Below are positions 29,806 to 38,622 of a stretch of DNA of 64,000 nt, piece after piece; position 1 is the stretch's first letter, and each line of letters opens with the position of its first letter. The notes under the pieces were generated by a model. The model ran no database searches. It was not told where the DNA came from and saw nothing but the letters and a program-made list of their open reading frames with translations. The stretch lies in the UHGV virus genome UHGV-1370141. One strand, 5' to 3'. The DNA is from a virus. A program made the translations under genes and the position numbers.

Positions 29806-30378
29806 TTATACCTCGGTAACGACTTCAGTGTCGGGTTGTTTTACTGCGGCTTCAGCTTGTTGAAGCAGATCGTAGGCTTCTGCGAAGGTGTGGCCCTGGT
29901 GCATCGCACGTTTTACAAAATCAGCGCGGCCGTTATACAACGACAGGATTTCAATGGCAGCACCCTGGATATCTTTACCCAGCCACACAGCTTCGGTCTC
30001 TAACGTGGTTACGTTCATGCTTTCCACGCTAAACTCGTCTTTCACAGACGCCCAGCTGTTGTTTTCCAGCATGGTTTTTGCATTGGTCGCAACCTTATCG
30101 ATCTCAATAAGTTTTGCACCCAGTTTTTCTTTCCCTTCTGCCATCAGGCCAACAAACGCAGCTTTGGCTTCGTCCAACGCTTTAATAGCAAAGGCTTTGT
30201 ATTCTGGCTCCTCCAGAGCTTCCAAGACTTCACGTTCTTTGTCGATACGCTCCGCCAGAATCTTCATCTGTTCTTCAAAGATAACCAGTAGTTTATACAC
30301 TGATTTCACGCTATCGCGAAGTTCTTTTTTCGCCAGAGTACGCGGGTTATAAGCGGGTTTCTTCTTACGACGTGACAT
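29806..30378 (-). CDS. hypothetical protein (190 aa), basic N-terminus
   Basis: ORF track. Confidence 0.55.
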   Translation of the reverse strand: MSRRKKKPAYNPRTLAKKELRDSVKSVYKLLVIFEEQMKILAERIDKEREVLEALEEPEYKAFAIKALDEAKAAFVGLMAEGKEKLGAKLIEIDKVATNAKTMLENNSWASVKDEFSVESMNVTTLETEAVWLGKDIQGAAIEILSLYNGRADFVKRAMHQGHTFAEAYDLLQQAEAAVKQPDTEVVTEV

Positions 30379-30439
30379 TTTAATATTCCTTTAACAAAAA
30401 AAGAAAGGGTGTACACAATATACACCCGTTCTGTACTTT

Positions 30440-30823
30440 TTAATTGCTATCGTGAGGAACAGCTACCCAACTGTGCCATTTCTCAGAGTATAGTCGATAA
30501 GCCACCTTCGGGTTTTCATCAATATTGCCCGCAGGGTTTTCAGACCACAGCACCCAACTGTAAAGCTCGTAGGACGAGGTATTGCGGATACTGGAGTTAC
30601 GCGTAATGTAATAACATTTACCACGTTGGAAAATCTGCATACCGGCGAAGTGTTCCGTTACCATATAGTAGTGGAACGCTACGGACAATGTTGGATCGGT
30701 ACAGAGTTTATCGACGACGTTTTCGACGTCTGGGTATGCCTTTAAAACCTTTTCGAGAAAACTTGCTAAGTTCAGCCCGGCATACGGTGCTGTTGGCTCG
30801 GTCGGCTGCGGCGGTAGTAACAT
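30440..30823 (-). CDS. hypothetical protein (127 aa)
   Basis: ORF track; 5' part overlaps helicase gene end, true start uncertain. Confidence 0.4.
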   Translation of the reverse strand: MLLPPQPTEPTAPYAGLNLASFLEKVLKAYPDVENVVDKLCTDPTLSVAFHYYMVTEHFAGMQIFQRGKCYYITRNSSIRNTSSYELYSWVLWSENPAGNIDENPKVAYRLYSEKWHSWVAVPHDSN

Positions 30824-32417
30824 TGGTTTTCCTTACAACATACGGTGAAGAGGCTATCTTAAACGACAACACGGAATCACTCAGCGACTTCTGACGCGCA
30901 TTCAAGTAATTGCAGTGTTTCCCTATCGAGAGTGAATGGAATAACCACACAACGGGATCGAGTTCACCCCAATCGTTGTGAAGTATCTTACGCGGACGAC
31001 CGGCCATCTGACGGTTTAACTGCTGGTCTTCCACAGGGGTGGTAATGTACATGTGGACCAACCCCGGTTTGTCAACCGCAGTGCCTGCTTTCCCTGGTGT
31101 TGAAATCGAGAAATCCGCTTGAATAAAGTCGTCATACGAATCCCCCGCGTTGTATTTCGCAACCATCAGCGCGTGGAACTTATCAGACTGTGCCAGTTTC
31201 TCTCGCACGTACTCTGTAAAGAACTCACACATCGCAACGGTTGCAAACAGCACCAACACTTTCTGACCAGGCTGGTAACTCGCCAGATATGTTCGCTCGA
31301 TGACGTCCCACACCATATCCGCGTAAGATAAGTGCATGTTCTCACTTATTAACTTACCTTCGAATAGCTTGTGGTTATACGGCGTCATCTTATTCGCCCA
31401 CCACGCAAACCGTTTATTCTCAATGCTGTAGTACAACGCTTTAACGTGTACAGCAGGAATAATCGGAATGAATATACGTGACTCTTGTGGAAAACGCTCT
31501 CGATACCGTTCGGCTAAAAACGCTTTTGATTCACCCGGCTGTAACGTCGCAGACATCTCAACAGACGGTGGTGGGTTGAGCATTATCCCTGCCATGTATA
31601 CCAGATGAAAATGCACATGCACTTCATCCATTGACAAGAACCCAACGCCTAAAGTGTTGTAGAAATCGTCAATGTTCACTGGGTTAGTTGCGGCAGTGTT
31701 AATGTACTCTTTAAGGAATCGTTGCAACGTTACCGTCGAGATAATGATAACCTTAATCCCACGTTTGTCTAATTCGCCTGATTCCCCCATTTCTAACGCT
31801 TCGTAGATAGCCTGAACGCCTTGGATAACCAAAACGTCGTCTTTCGACTCACGTAAGCCCGTTGGGTCTTCAGTTAAATCAAACATCCATTTTGAGATGT
31901 ACGTCGGACGGTGAATCAGTAGCGTCCTGACACCCTTACGTACCATTACTTTCATGTTCGTTTTCGACTTACCCATCCCTGTACCAATTTCAAAGATGGT
32001 TTGAAAACGATTTGGTTCGCAAGCCGTTTCAACCACAGCGTTCTGGTAAAAGAAACGTGATTTCTCATCGTCCTCTACCATCTTAAAGCCGTAGTTTTCA
32101 AACTTACACCGATAAGGTGTTCCCTGCGTTAAGTAATGCTCGTAAAGCTTATACTCAATGCCAAATTCGGTGGCCGTACGATTAATAATAATGCGTAAAC
32201 GCTCAGAAAAGTTCCTGTGGAAGATAAACGAGCGGAGAGAAGGTATATGCGCGTAATACGGATCGCCACGTTCAGTGAATATACGACCGTAATGCTTGCC
32301 CATCTTAGGAGCGTGCATATGTTCTTCTGCCCACTTAAGTATCGCCGACTCTATCTGTCGGCACGGGACTTCAACCCTCACCCCCATGCTGGTAAAGGTC
32401 ATGTGGAATTCGTACAT
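30708..32417 (-). CDS. SF2 (DEAD/DEAH-box-type) helicase
   Basis: Walker A GTGMGKS, motif II DEVH, motif III SAT, in canonical order. Confidence 0.7.
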   Translation of the reverse strand: MYEFHMTFTSMGVRVEVPCRQIESAILKWAEEHMHAPKMGKHYGRIFTERGDPYYAHIPSLRSFIFHRNFSERLRIIINRTATEFGIEYKLYEHYLTQGTPYRCKFENYGFKMVEDDEKSRFFYQNAVVETACEPNRFQTIFEIGTGMGKSKTNMKVMVRKGVRTLLIHRPTYISKWMFDLTEDPTGLRESKDDVLVIQGVQAIYEALEMGESGELDKRGIKVIIISTVTLQRFLKEYINTAATNPVNIDDFYNTLGVGFLSMDEVHVHFHLVYMAGIMLNPPPSVEMSATLQPGESKAFLAERYRERFPQESRIFIPIIPAVHVKALYYSIENKRFAWWANKMTPYNHKLFEGKLISENMHLSYADMVWDVIERTYLASYQPGQKVLVLFATVAMCEFFTEYVREKLAQSDKFHALMVAKYNAGDSYDDFIQADFSISTPGKAGTAVDKPGLVHMYITTPVEDQQLNRQMAGRPRKILHNDWGELDPVVWLFHSLSIGKHCNYLNARQKSLSDSVLSFKIASSPYVVRKTNVTTAAADRANSTVCRAELSKFSRKGFKGIPRRRKRRR

Positions 32418-32459
32418 GCTCCCCTCTTACAAAAAAAGAGGGGCGCAGGCCCCTCTCGT

Positions 32460-34559
32460 TTACTCAATAATCGTTGCTGCGACAGAATTGTCGTACAACG
32501 AAGCAGGACGTTTACGTGACGTATAGAAACGTACGTTGTCCAAGTTCTTCTGCTGTCCCTCAAACAACAACATCGGGATTGCAGAACGCATCGCAATCAG
32601 TGTATTGTGATCTTCGAAGCGTTTTCCTTCTGCGGCATCGGCATCCTCACTGTCAAACCCTACTGCCGGGAATGGGTTAGTAGGTGACTCAACACGAGAG
32701 ATTGCCAACATAATCGCGATGTGCGTCATCGGAATCCCTTTGAGCTTACGTTGGATATATTTGAACACGTAGAACAACGCATGAGTACATTGTTTTTCCG
32801 TGGCACCACGCATCTGAACGAGGGTAATCGGTTTAACCTTACCACTCTTCTTGCTCAAACGCATTGACTCGTCCGAGAACTGTTCGAAGTTATCTGACTT
32901 GTCCGATGCTACCGAACGTAAAATCAATTCCAACCCTGCTACAAACTCCGCCATAGATTCAGACCGATTCGTATAAATTAGGATCGGCCAGGACGGTTTC
33001 CATCCTTTTAGCGGAACACGCACCGTTTTCTTGCTGGGGAATACGAGCTTATCACGATTCTTCAAGAAGAAGCGAAGGAACGACTTAGAGAAGTTACCGC
33101 AGACGCCCATTCGAACGTCAATCGGATCTTCTGCCAGGATGTTCCCTTCTGCATCTAAACGAACAAACGTAAGGTCATTAATTTCCGGGAGTGCCGTTTC
33201 ATCAATATCGTCCAGGTCTTCATGATACGCAATCTGGCTAATCTCTGAATAGACTTCATCCGAAATTACCAGTTGGTATTCATCCCAGGTACCGTATTGC
33301 GGCTTCTCCAGTAAACTAATCCCTTTAACGGAGTTGTGCTTATACTCCGTGAGATAATCACGCATTCTTGGCGACAAGACCAAGTTCAGCAGATAACGCA
33401 GGAAGTCAAGGTGTTTCGTCGACAGAATACCTTGAGTGCCCTTTTCTGAAATTGCGGTTGACGCAAGGTGACCCGGTGATGTGCCAGGTGACAGGTTATA
33501 AATCAAGTCACCCATACACGTTGCACAGATAGTCTGTCGTGACATCCCTTTGCAACACATCGCGGTACGGAACTCGATAGGTTTGTTCAAGACTTTCTCA
33601 AACTCACCGTCTTCGAATCGTAACCACGGACCACCAGTACCTTCGAAGCGATAACGCATTCCTTTCATCGCTTTGAATTTCGCTTCTTCCAACGGCGAAT
33701 TCGTAAAGGTGTGTCTGTGTACGTGATGTGTACCACAGTCTTCGTAATCGAAGAACATCAGCACGTTAGCCGCTAACTGCAACTTACGCGATGCGTACTC
33801 TGCGTCTGCAATCTTGTCGGTATTATACAGGTGAGAACGCGATGTCGCACCTGCTTCTTTCAGTCGACTGATAACAGAATGCAAGCCGGTGAAGAAACCT
33901 TCCCATACCTGGTTAGAGTACACACGGGAGTCAATCTCTGAAGTCTTACCACGAATGTAAGCCTGGAGAATCTGATCCATTTTCAGTGTGCGGTCTAACA
34001 CAGACATGACAACTGGGTTGTTTGAGAGTCTCGGATCTTTAAAGATTTTCTCAATGAGTTGATAGGCTTCTTCTACCTTATCGTTACCTTCCTCATCGTA
34101 ACCCGTCGGATAGAGTTTAGACCATTCGATAATCAGCTTGAAGTTTTCATGCTGATAAATCTCCATCATCGTATCGTAGTCAATGGTAACACAATACGAC
34201 AACAGGTTTTTCACCGTCAGGTTAAACGCGTTTGCATAAACGTGCTGCGATAACAGGTAACGGGTATCGGCCAGATCCACTCCGGCCTTACGTGCTGCTA
34301 CAGCTGCCAACGACATAAAGCGCAGATGCGCATCGTCAGTTGCCGTGTCGCCATGCTTATACGCCATGTTCGACGAGATTGGCACTTGGGGATAAAACTG
34401 GGTTAATCCCCAATACGGCCAGCTCAACTTAATGTGTCGACCAGACATTCTCAACGTGACCCCATCGTCGAAGGACACGTCGTAAACGCCCCGAAGTAGC
34501 CACACCTGATCCGAATTCAACTTGCACAAGTCTCTTACGTGAACCGGAGTCGCCTTCAT
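32460..34559 (-). CDS. RNA polymerase beta'-like subunit, C-terminal module
   Basis: CATCMGDL ... ASTAISEKGTQGILSTKH resembles bacterial RpoC CAHCYGRDL ... AAQSIGEPGTQLTMRTFH (recalled). Confidence 0.7.
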   Translation of the reverse strand: MKATPVHVRDLCKLNSDQVWLLRGVYDVSFDDGVTLRMSGRHIKLSWPYWGLTQFYPQVPISSNMAYKHGDTATDDAHLRFMSLAAVAARKAGVDLADTRYLLSQHVYANAFNLTVKNLLSYCVTIDYDTMMEIYQHENFKLIIEWSKLYPTGYDEEGNDKVEEAYQLIEKIFKDPRLSNNPVVMSVLDRTLKMDQILQAYIRGKTSEIDSRVYSNQVWEGFFTGLHSVISRLKEAGATSRSHLYNTDKIADAEYASRKLQLAANVLMFFDYEDCGTHHVHRHTFTNSPLEEAKFKAMKGMRYRFEGTGGPWLRFEDGEFEKVLNKPIEFRTAMCCKGMSRQTICATCMGDLIYNLSPGTSPGHLASTAISEKGTQGILSTKHLDFLRYLLNLVLSPRMRDYLTEYKHNSVKGISLLEKPQYGTWDEYQLVISDEVYSEISQIAYHEDLDDIDETALPEINDLTFVRLDAEGNILAEDPIDVRMGVCGNFSKSFLRFFLKNRDKLVFPSKKTVRVPLKGWKPSWPILIYTNRSESMAEFVAGLELILRSVASDKSDNFEQFSDESMRLSKKSGKVKPITLVQMRGATEKQCTHALFYVFKYIQRKLKGIPMTHIAIMLAISRVESPTNPFPAVGFDSEDADAAEGKRFEDHNTLIAMRSAIPMLLFEGQQKNLDNVRFYTSRKRPASLYDNSVAATIIE

Positions 34560-36799
34560 TATTCTTCGCCCCTTTTCATTTTCACCAATTCAAACCCTTC
34601 ACAGCTGTGAATGTTTTTCATCATTCTGTCAATCTGCGAATCTCCTAATGGGAGCTTATTCCGGTCTACCAGTACGCCCGGATTGGAAGGAGTTTGAGAT
34701 CGGTACAGCCCTACTAAAATCTCTCGATGCACAGCAGGGTTATTTGCCCTATCGTGAACCTCTTCGTAGTTACCTGGACCATAACCCGCTAATAGTCGTT
34801 CTTCCGAAGGACCAGCCCATTTCAGCGTTTTATAGTTTACCGGATACGAACCACGTCCTTGGTTAGACGCATCAATCGTGCCCAGGTAGTTCAGGTACAT
34901 CGACGAAATACTTGAGAATTCACGTCCCGTTTTATCAAGCCGTAATGTTTCTACACCACCCACGTAAAACTCGTCTTTTGTCCATTCCTGTTTACCATCG
35001 TAATTGGTAATAAGCAGTTTCGACTTACGGGGTTTAAACTCACCTAAACGTTCACTGATTTCCACCGGAGTGTCATCAAGTTCGTGAGGTAAGTAAATGC
35101 GGATGGTGAAATCGTAAATCTCTTTAAAGAGTTCTCGCTGCAAATCCTCCGTAGGATGCGTAGCCTGTAACGTGTTCGCCCATTCTGGATTATAGCGTGA
35201 AAGGTAGTCCATCAGGATTTCCCAACACTCGCCAATACGCCCTTCATCCAGCATCGGTTTAAGACGCATCTTCAGTTGTTCAGATGCTGCTGACCAATAC
35301 ATGTGGAACAGCGCGGCGTAAGTAGAACGACGAATTACGGCGTTCATTGAACGTAGTACGTGAACACGTTCGCCGAACTCGTTAATTGGCATCTGTTCAA
35401 CTGGCAGTACACGACCCACAATCCCTTTCGTACCCGAACGGTCGGTAATCTTAGAAGACACCGTCACCGGGATCGGATAACGTACCGCGATACGAATTGT
35501 GTACGTGTTGATAGGATCGCTTAATCCACGCTGAACAGGTGAAGTCAGTTTAGAGATAATCTGTTGACTTACGTTCTCTTTACCGTATTCGCCGCGACGA
35601 ATTGCATCTTCAATCACTCCGCGAATTTCTTCACGAAACTCTGCGTAGACTTCGTACGTTTCAGATGCGAAAGCTTTCTCCAGCAACACACACGCTTTGG
35701 GAGACCAGATAACGTTTTTATCTCTCGACACGGAGAAATAGAAGCGAACAATCGCATTGTAGTAGTCCTTTAACGCCAATGCGTATTTGTCAAGCTCACG
35801 TTTGTTCTCTTCAGTACAGTTAATGTTATTCGTTCCATTACCGCATGACGTTTCATCACGCCAAACCTGAATATCAACAATGCGTGTTCCGCTACGTTCC
35901 ATCAGTTCGTGGTTGTTTTCCAAACGTGCTTTATAGTGTATCGGATCGGCATCCACGTAATCACAGTTATCGAAGAACGGAGAAACGTGTTGGGTTTCTC
36001 CTAAGGTTGCATCGATCGCTGCGTACAGGTCATCGAAACGACGAGAAGCGATAACTAACCCGTCATCACGAATCGCTTCACCCACGTCTGGGAAATAGCG
36101 CGGTACACGATTCCCCTCGGGATCGTTATAGCCGTAGGTATCCAGCAAGAATTCATCTTCACGTAAGGTTTTCTCAATAACTTTCAACCCATACCCGTGA
36201 AGCTTCTGTGCCGCTTCTTCGGAAATCGTGTAGGAATCTTCGATAATGTCTGGATGTGAAATGGTAACCGTTGGCAGCACCGCACTGTCTGCGAATTCAC
36301 CATCCACCATGCACGGCATTGTCGTCAGGATTTCATCCTTTTCTAACTGGTCGGTTTCACCACGTAACAAACTGCGCAGTTTTGGCGATTCCCATTTCTC
36401 GGAAGAGAACACGTTATCGTGATTAGTATAAAAGTTAATCTCGATAACATCTATCATTGTTTTGCCCGGAATACGGCATTCTGCACGACGGAAGAATATC
36501 GCGTGTTCCAGCGCACGGGAATCCCCACGACGGCCATAACGGGTAAACGTTGCGCGACGTTGTCTACCTTCCTTAGTTGTGTAATGACAGATGCTCCCAC
36601 TGTCTTCCACAATATCGTTAAACAGAAAATCGTGGTAATTGGTATCTGCTCCCGTAAAGTGAGGTGACGGCTCAGGATGATCAATCGGCACCGAGGACTT
36701 CATATGGTTACCTACCATCGATGCCCTTGCACCTGACACCTGTGCGATATTAACTTCACGGTCAGCGACGCTGCTCAATAGCTCAACTGGCGTTTTCAT
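34559..36799 (-). CDS. RNA polymerase beta-like subunit, C-terminal module
   Basis: SKITDRSGTKGIVGRVLPVEQMP resembles RpoB [24 protein letters not shown] (recalled); RBS AACCTAAAGGAG. Confidence 0.7.
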   Translation of the reverse strand: MKTPVELLSSVADREVNIAQVSGARASMVGNHMKSSVPIDHPEPSPHFTGADTNYHDFLFNDIVEDSGSICHYTTKEGRQRRATFTRYGRRGDSRALEHAIFFRRAECRIPGKTMIDVIEINFYTNHDNVFSSEKWESPKLRSLLRGETDQLEKDEILTTMPCMVDGEFADSAVLPTVTISHPDIIEDSYTISEEAAQKLHGYGLKVIEKTLREDEFLLDTYGYNDPEGNRVPRYFPDVGEAIRDDGLVIASRRFDDLYAAIDATLGETQHVSPFFDNCDYVDADPIHYKARLENNHELMERSGTRIVDIQVWRDETSCGNGTNNINCTEENKRELDKYALALKDYYNAIVRFYFSVSRDKNVIWSPKACVLLEKAFASETYEVYAEFREEIRGVIEDAIRRGEYGKENVSQQIISKLTSPVQRGLSDPINTYTIRIAVRYPIPVTVSSKITDRSGTKGIVGRVLPVEQMPINEFGERVHVLRSMNAVIRRSTYAALFHMYWSAASEQLKMRLKPMLDEGRIGECWEILMDYLSRYNPEWANTLQATHPTEDLQRELFKEIYDFTIRIYLPHELDDTPVEISERLGEFKPRKSKLLITNYDGKQEWTKDEFYVGGVETLRLDKTGREFSSISSMYLNYLGTIDASNQGRGSYPVNYKTLKWAGPSEERLLAGYGPGNYEEVHDRANNPAVHREILVGLYRSQTPSNPGVLVDRNKLPLGDSQIDRMMKNIHSCEGFELVKMKRGEE

Positions 36800-36828
36800 T
36801 TTAATGCTCCTTTAGGTTGATTCGGTAG

Positions 36829-36844
36829 GATAATATCTATCTCA
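36829..36844 (-). promoter_or_regulatory. AT-rich promoter-like motif (class 2)
   Basis: plus-strand ATAATATCTATCTC ~30 nt upstream of the 36799 start; same core at 58186, 60572, 50513. Confidence 0.4.
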
Positions 36845-36862
36845 CTTAATTTAGGAACAACT

Positions 36863-37186
36863 ATGCTTGAAGATTTTATTACCCTAAAAGAAATCATACC
36901 TGCGCCCTATACCAGCACCTGGAAAGTGCTGCACGATTACACAGATTTTCTGCGTAAACACCCACAAACTAAAGTAGAAACTGTAGACCCACGATTCAGT
37001 TATCCTGAGATTCACAATTTCTACGCTTATTGCAAACTGAAAGGTTATGCCGAAAACATCATCTACCCGATGATGCTACTCAATAACTTGGAAGACCCTA
37101 TGAACTTCACCCCTGAGATTACAGAGCTGATAGTTCCAGATGCCGGGGTCGTCGCCAGTATTCTTAGCACCATCGTAGACGATTAA
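36863..37186 (+). CDS. hypothetical protein (107 aa)
   Basis: ORF track; followed by bidirectional terminator. Confidence 0.5.
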   Translation: MLEDFITLKEIIPAPYTSTWKVLHDYTDFLRKHPQTKVETVDPRFSYPEIHNFYAYCKLKGYAENIIYPMMLLNNLEDPMNFTPEITELIVPDAGVVASILSTIVDD

Positions 37187-37215
37187 AAAAAGAAGGGACA
37201 CTGTCCCTTCTTTTT
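37184..37215. terminator. bidirectional terminator
   Basis: A-run, GAAGGGAC-ACT-GTCCCTTC, T-run. Confidence 0.6.
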
Positions 37216-37221
37216 ACTACC

Positions 37222-38601
37222 CTAGTACGAGCTCTTAAACGGACTCGTAGAAGCACTAGCAAATGGGTTGCTTGTACTACTACCAAATCCGCTAGACGAA
37301 CCAAACTGAGGCTGGCTGCCGAAAGAGCTGCCTCCGAATGATGAACCCCCGCCAAAAGAGTGCCCGCCACCAAACGTATTCGACAGCGAGTTCGGTTGAC
37401 CGAATCCACCTACGTCACCAAAACCGCTGTTCTTACGCTCGCCACCGAAAGCATCTACTACAGAAATCCGTCCTACCATTCCTGTACCAGCCAGGTTAGT
37501 TGTGTTGTGTTCTTCCACAAAACGCTGCATTGCTGGAGAAAGATTACCGAAGCTGTTCGTTGGAGTCATCCGTTGCTTACGCGCACGGAAGAACTCTACC
37601 GGATCGTCCAGGTTCGGCTTATCCGCATCAGACGCCTTCTTCGTCGGGATCTGTTCCGTTGCCGACGATCTGTCAATTCTGAACTCACGGGCACTGGTAT
37701 CACGCTCAGGATTGTCTGAACGTGGACCGGTGTTATACGGTAAGGTCTGGATGACATTATCGTAAATCTCCATGTTGTCCAGCTGTGAAATCCATTCATC
37801 GTCCAACGGGCGCAGTGGTGTGTGGTCACGTAGCCCTTTCACTACGTTATTGTAGTTTACCACGTACTGTGCCCAACCGCGTGCTAACGACCCGAAGTAC
37901 GGACGGGAATCGTTAGAACCGGTGACACTTGGATACCAACCGAACACAGTAGTCAGCAGGCGATGAATAATCACCTTATCCTGTTTACGTTGAAGCTTCA
38001 CCGAGAAGTACATTGCAGTACCGTCTAAGGATTCTTCTTCGAACATATGGCGATAATTAGCCACACGGTTAAACTTCACACCGTCGATAACTAAATCAGA
38101 TGCAATAAAGAGCTGGGTAACTTTGTGCTTTTTATCGCGCTCCAATAAGCCATAAACGTATTGTTTAACTGCTTCCCAGGATTTTACCAAACGATCGTCA
38201 AACGTCGGATCTTTCATCCCTTCACAAATCTGTTCCGTTAAGAACTTCTTGTACGCCGCAGAACGAATTGCTTTACCACTGGCAGCCGTTTCCAGAATAG
38301 CGTCAATCAACGCAAAGGAACGAATGAACAAATTCGCATTGATAGATTTCTTCAAGAAACGGATGGTGCCCGATTCACCGGCCAGCACAGATTCACAGAG
38401 AGGATGGAATGCCTGACATTCACGTCCATCGTCATCTTCCATTCCTTTCTTAATCATTGCCGACGTTGGAAGCGCCAGGCGGCGCTTCACTTTGTTGTAG
38501 GTAAATTCTGCTGGCTCACCGTCATCACGGGTAAGCAAATCGTTCTCGAAATCGAATCCTTGTGATTTAAGAAACGATTTATAGAATTCAATAATTTTCA
38601 T
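37222..38601 (-). CDS. hypothetical protein with ~90-aa C-terminal FG/SFG-repeat tail
   Basis: C-terminus GFGDVGGFGQ...FGGGHSFGGGSSFGGSSFGSQPQFGSSSGFGSS. Confidence 0.65.
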   Translation of the reverse strand: MKIIEFYKSFLKSQGFDFENDLLTRDDGEPAEFTYNKVKRRLALPTSAMIKKGMEDDDGRECQAFHPLCESVLAGESGTIRFLKKSINANLFIRSFALIDAILETAASGKAIRSAAYKKFLTEQICEGMKDPTFDDRLVKSWEAVKQYVYGLLERDKKHKVTQLFIASDLVIDGVKFNRVANYRHMFEEESLDGTAMYFSVKLQRKQDKVIIHRLLTTVFGWYPSVTGSNDSRPYFGSLARGWAQYVVNYNNVVKGLRDHTPLRPLDDEWISQLDNMEIYDNVIQTLPYNTGPRSDNPERDTSAREFRIDRSSATEQIPTKKASDADKPNLDDPVEFFRARKQRMTPTNSFGNLSPAMQRFVEEHNTTNLAGTGMVGRISVVDAFGGERKNSGFGDVGGFGQPNSLSNTFGGGHSFGGGSSFGGSSFGSQPQFGSSSGFGSSTSNPFASASTSPFKSSY

Positions 38602-38622
38602 TTATTAATCCTTGATATTTTT

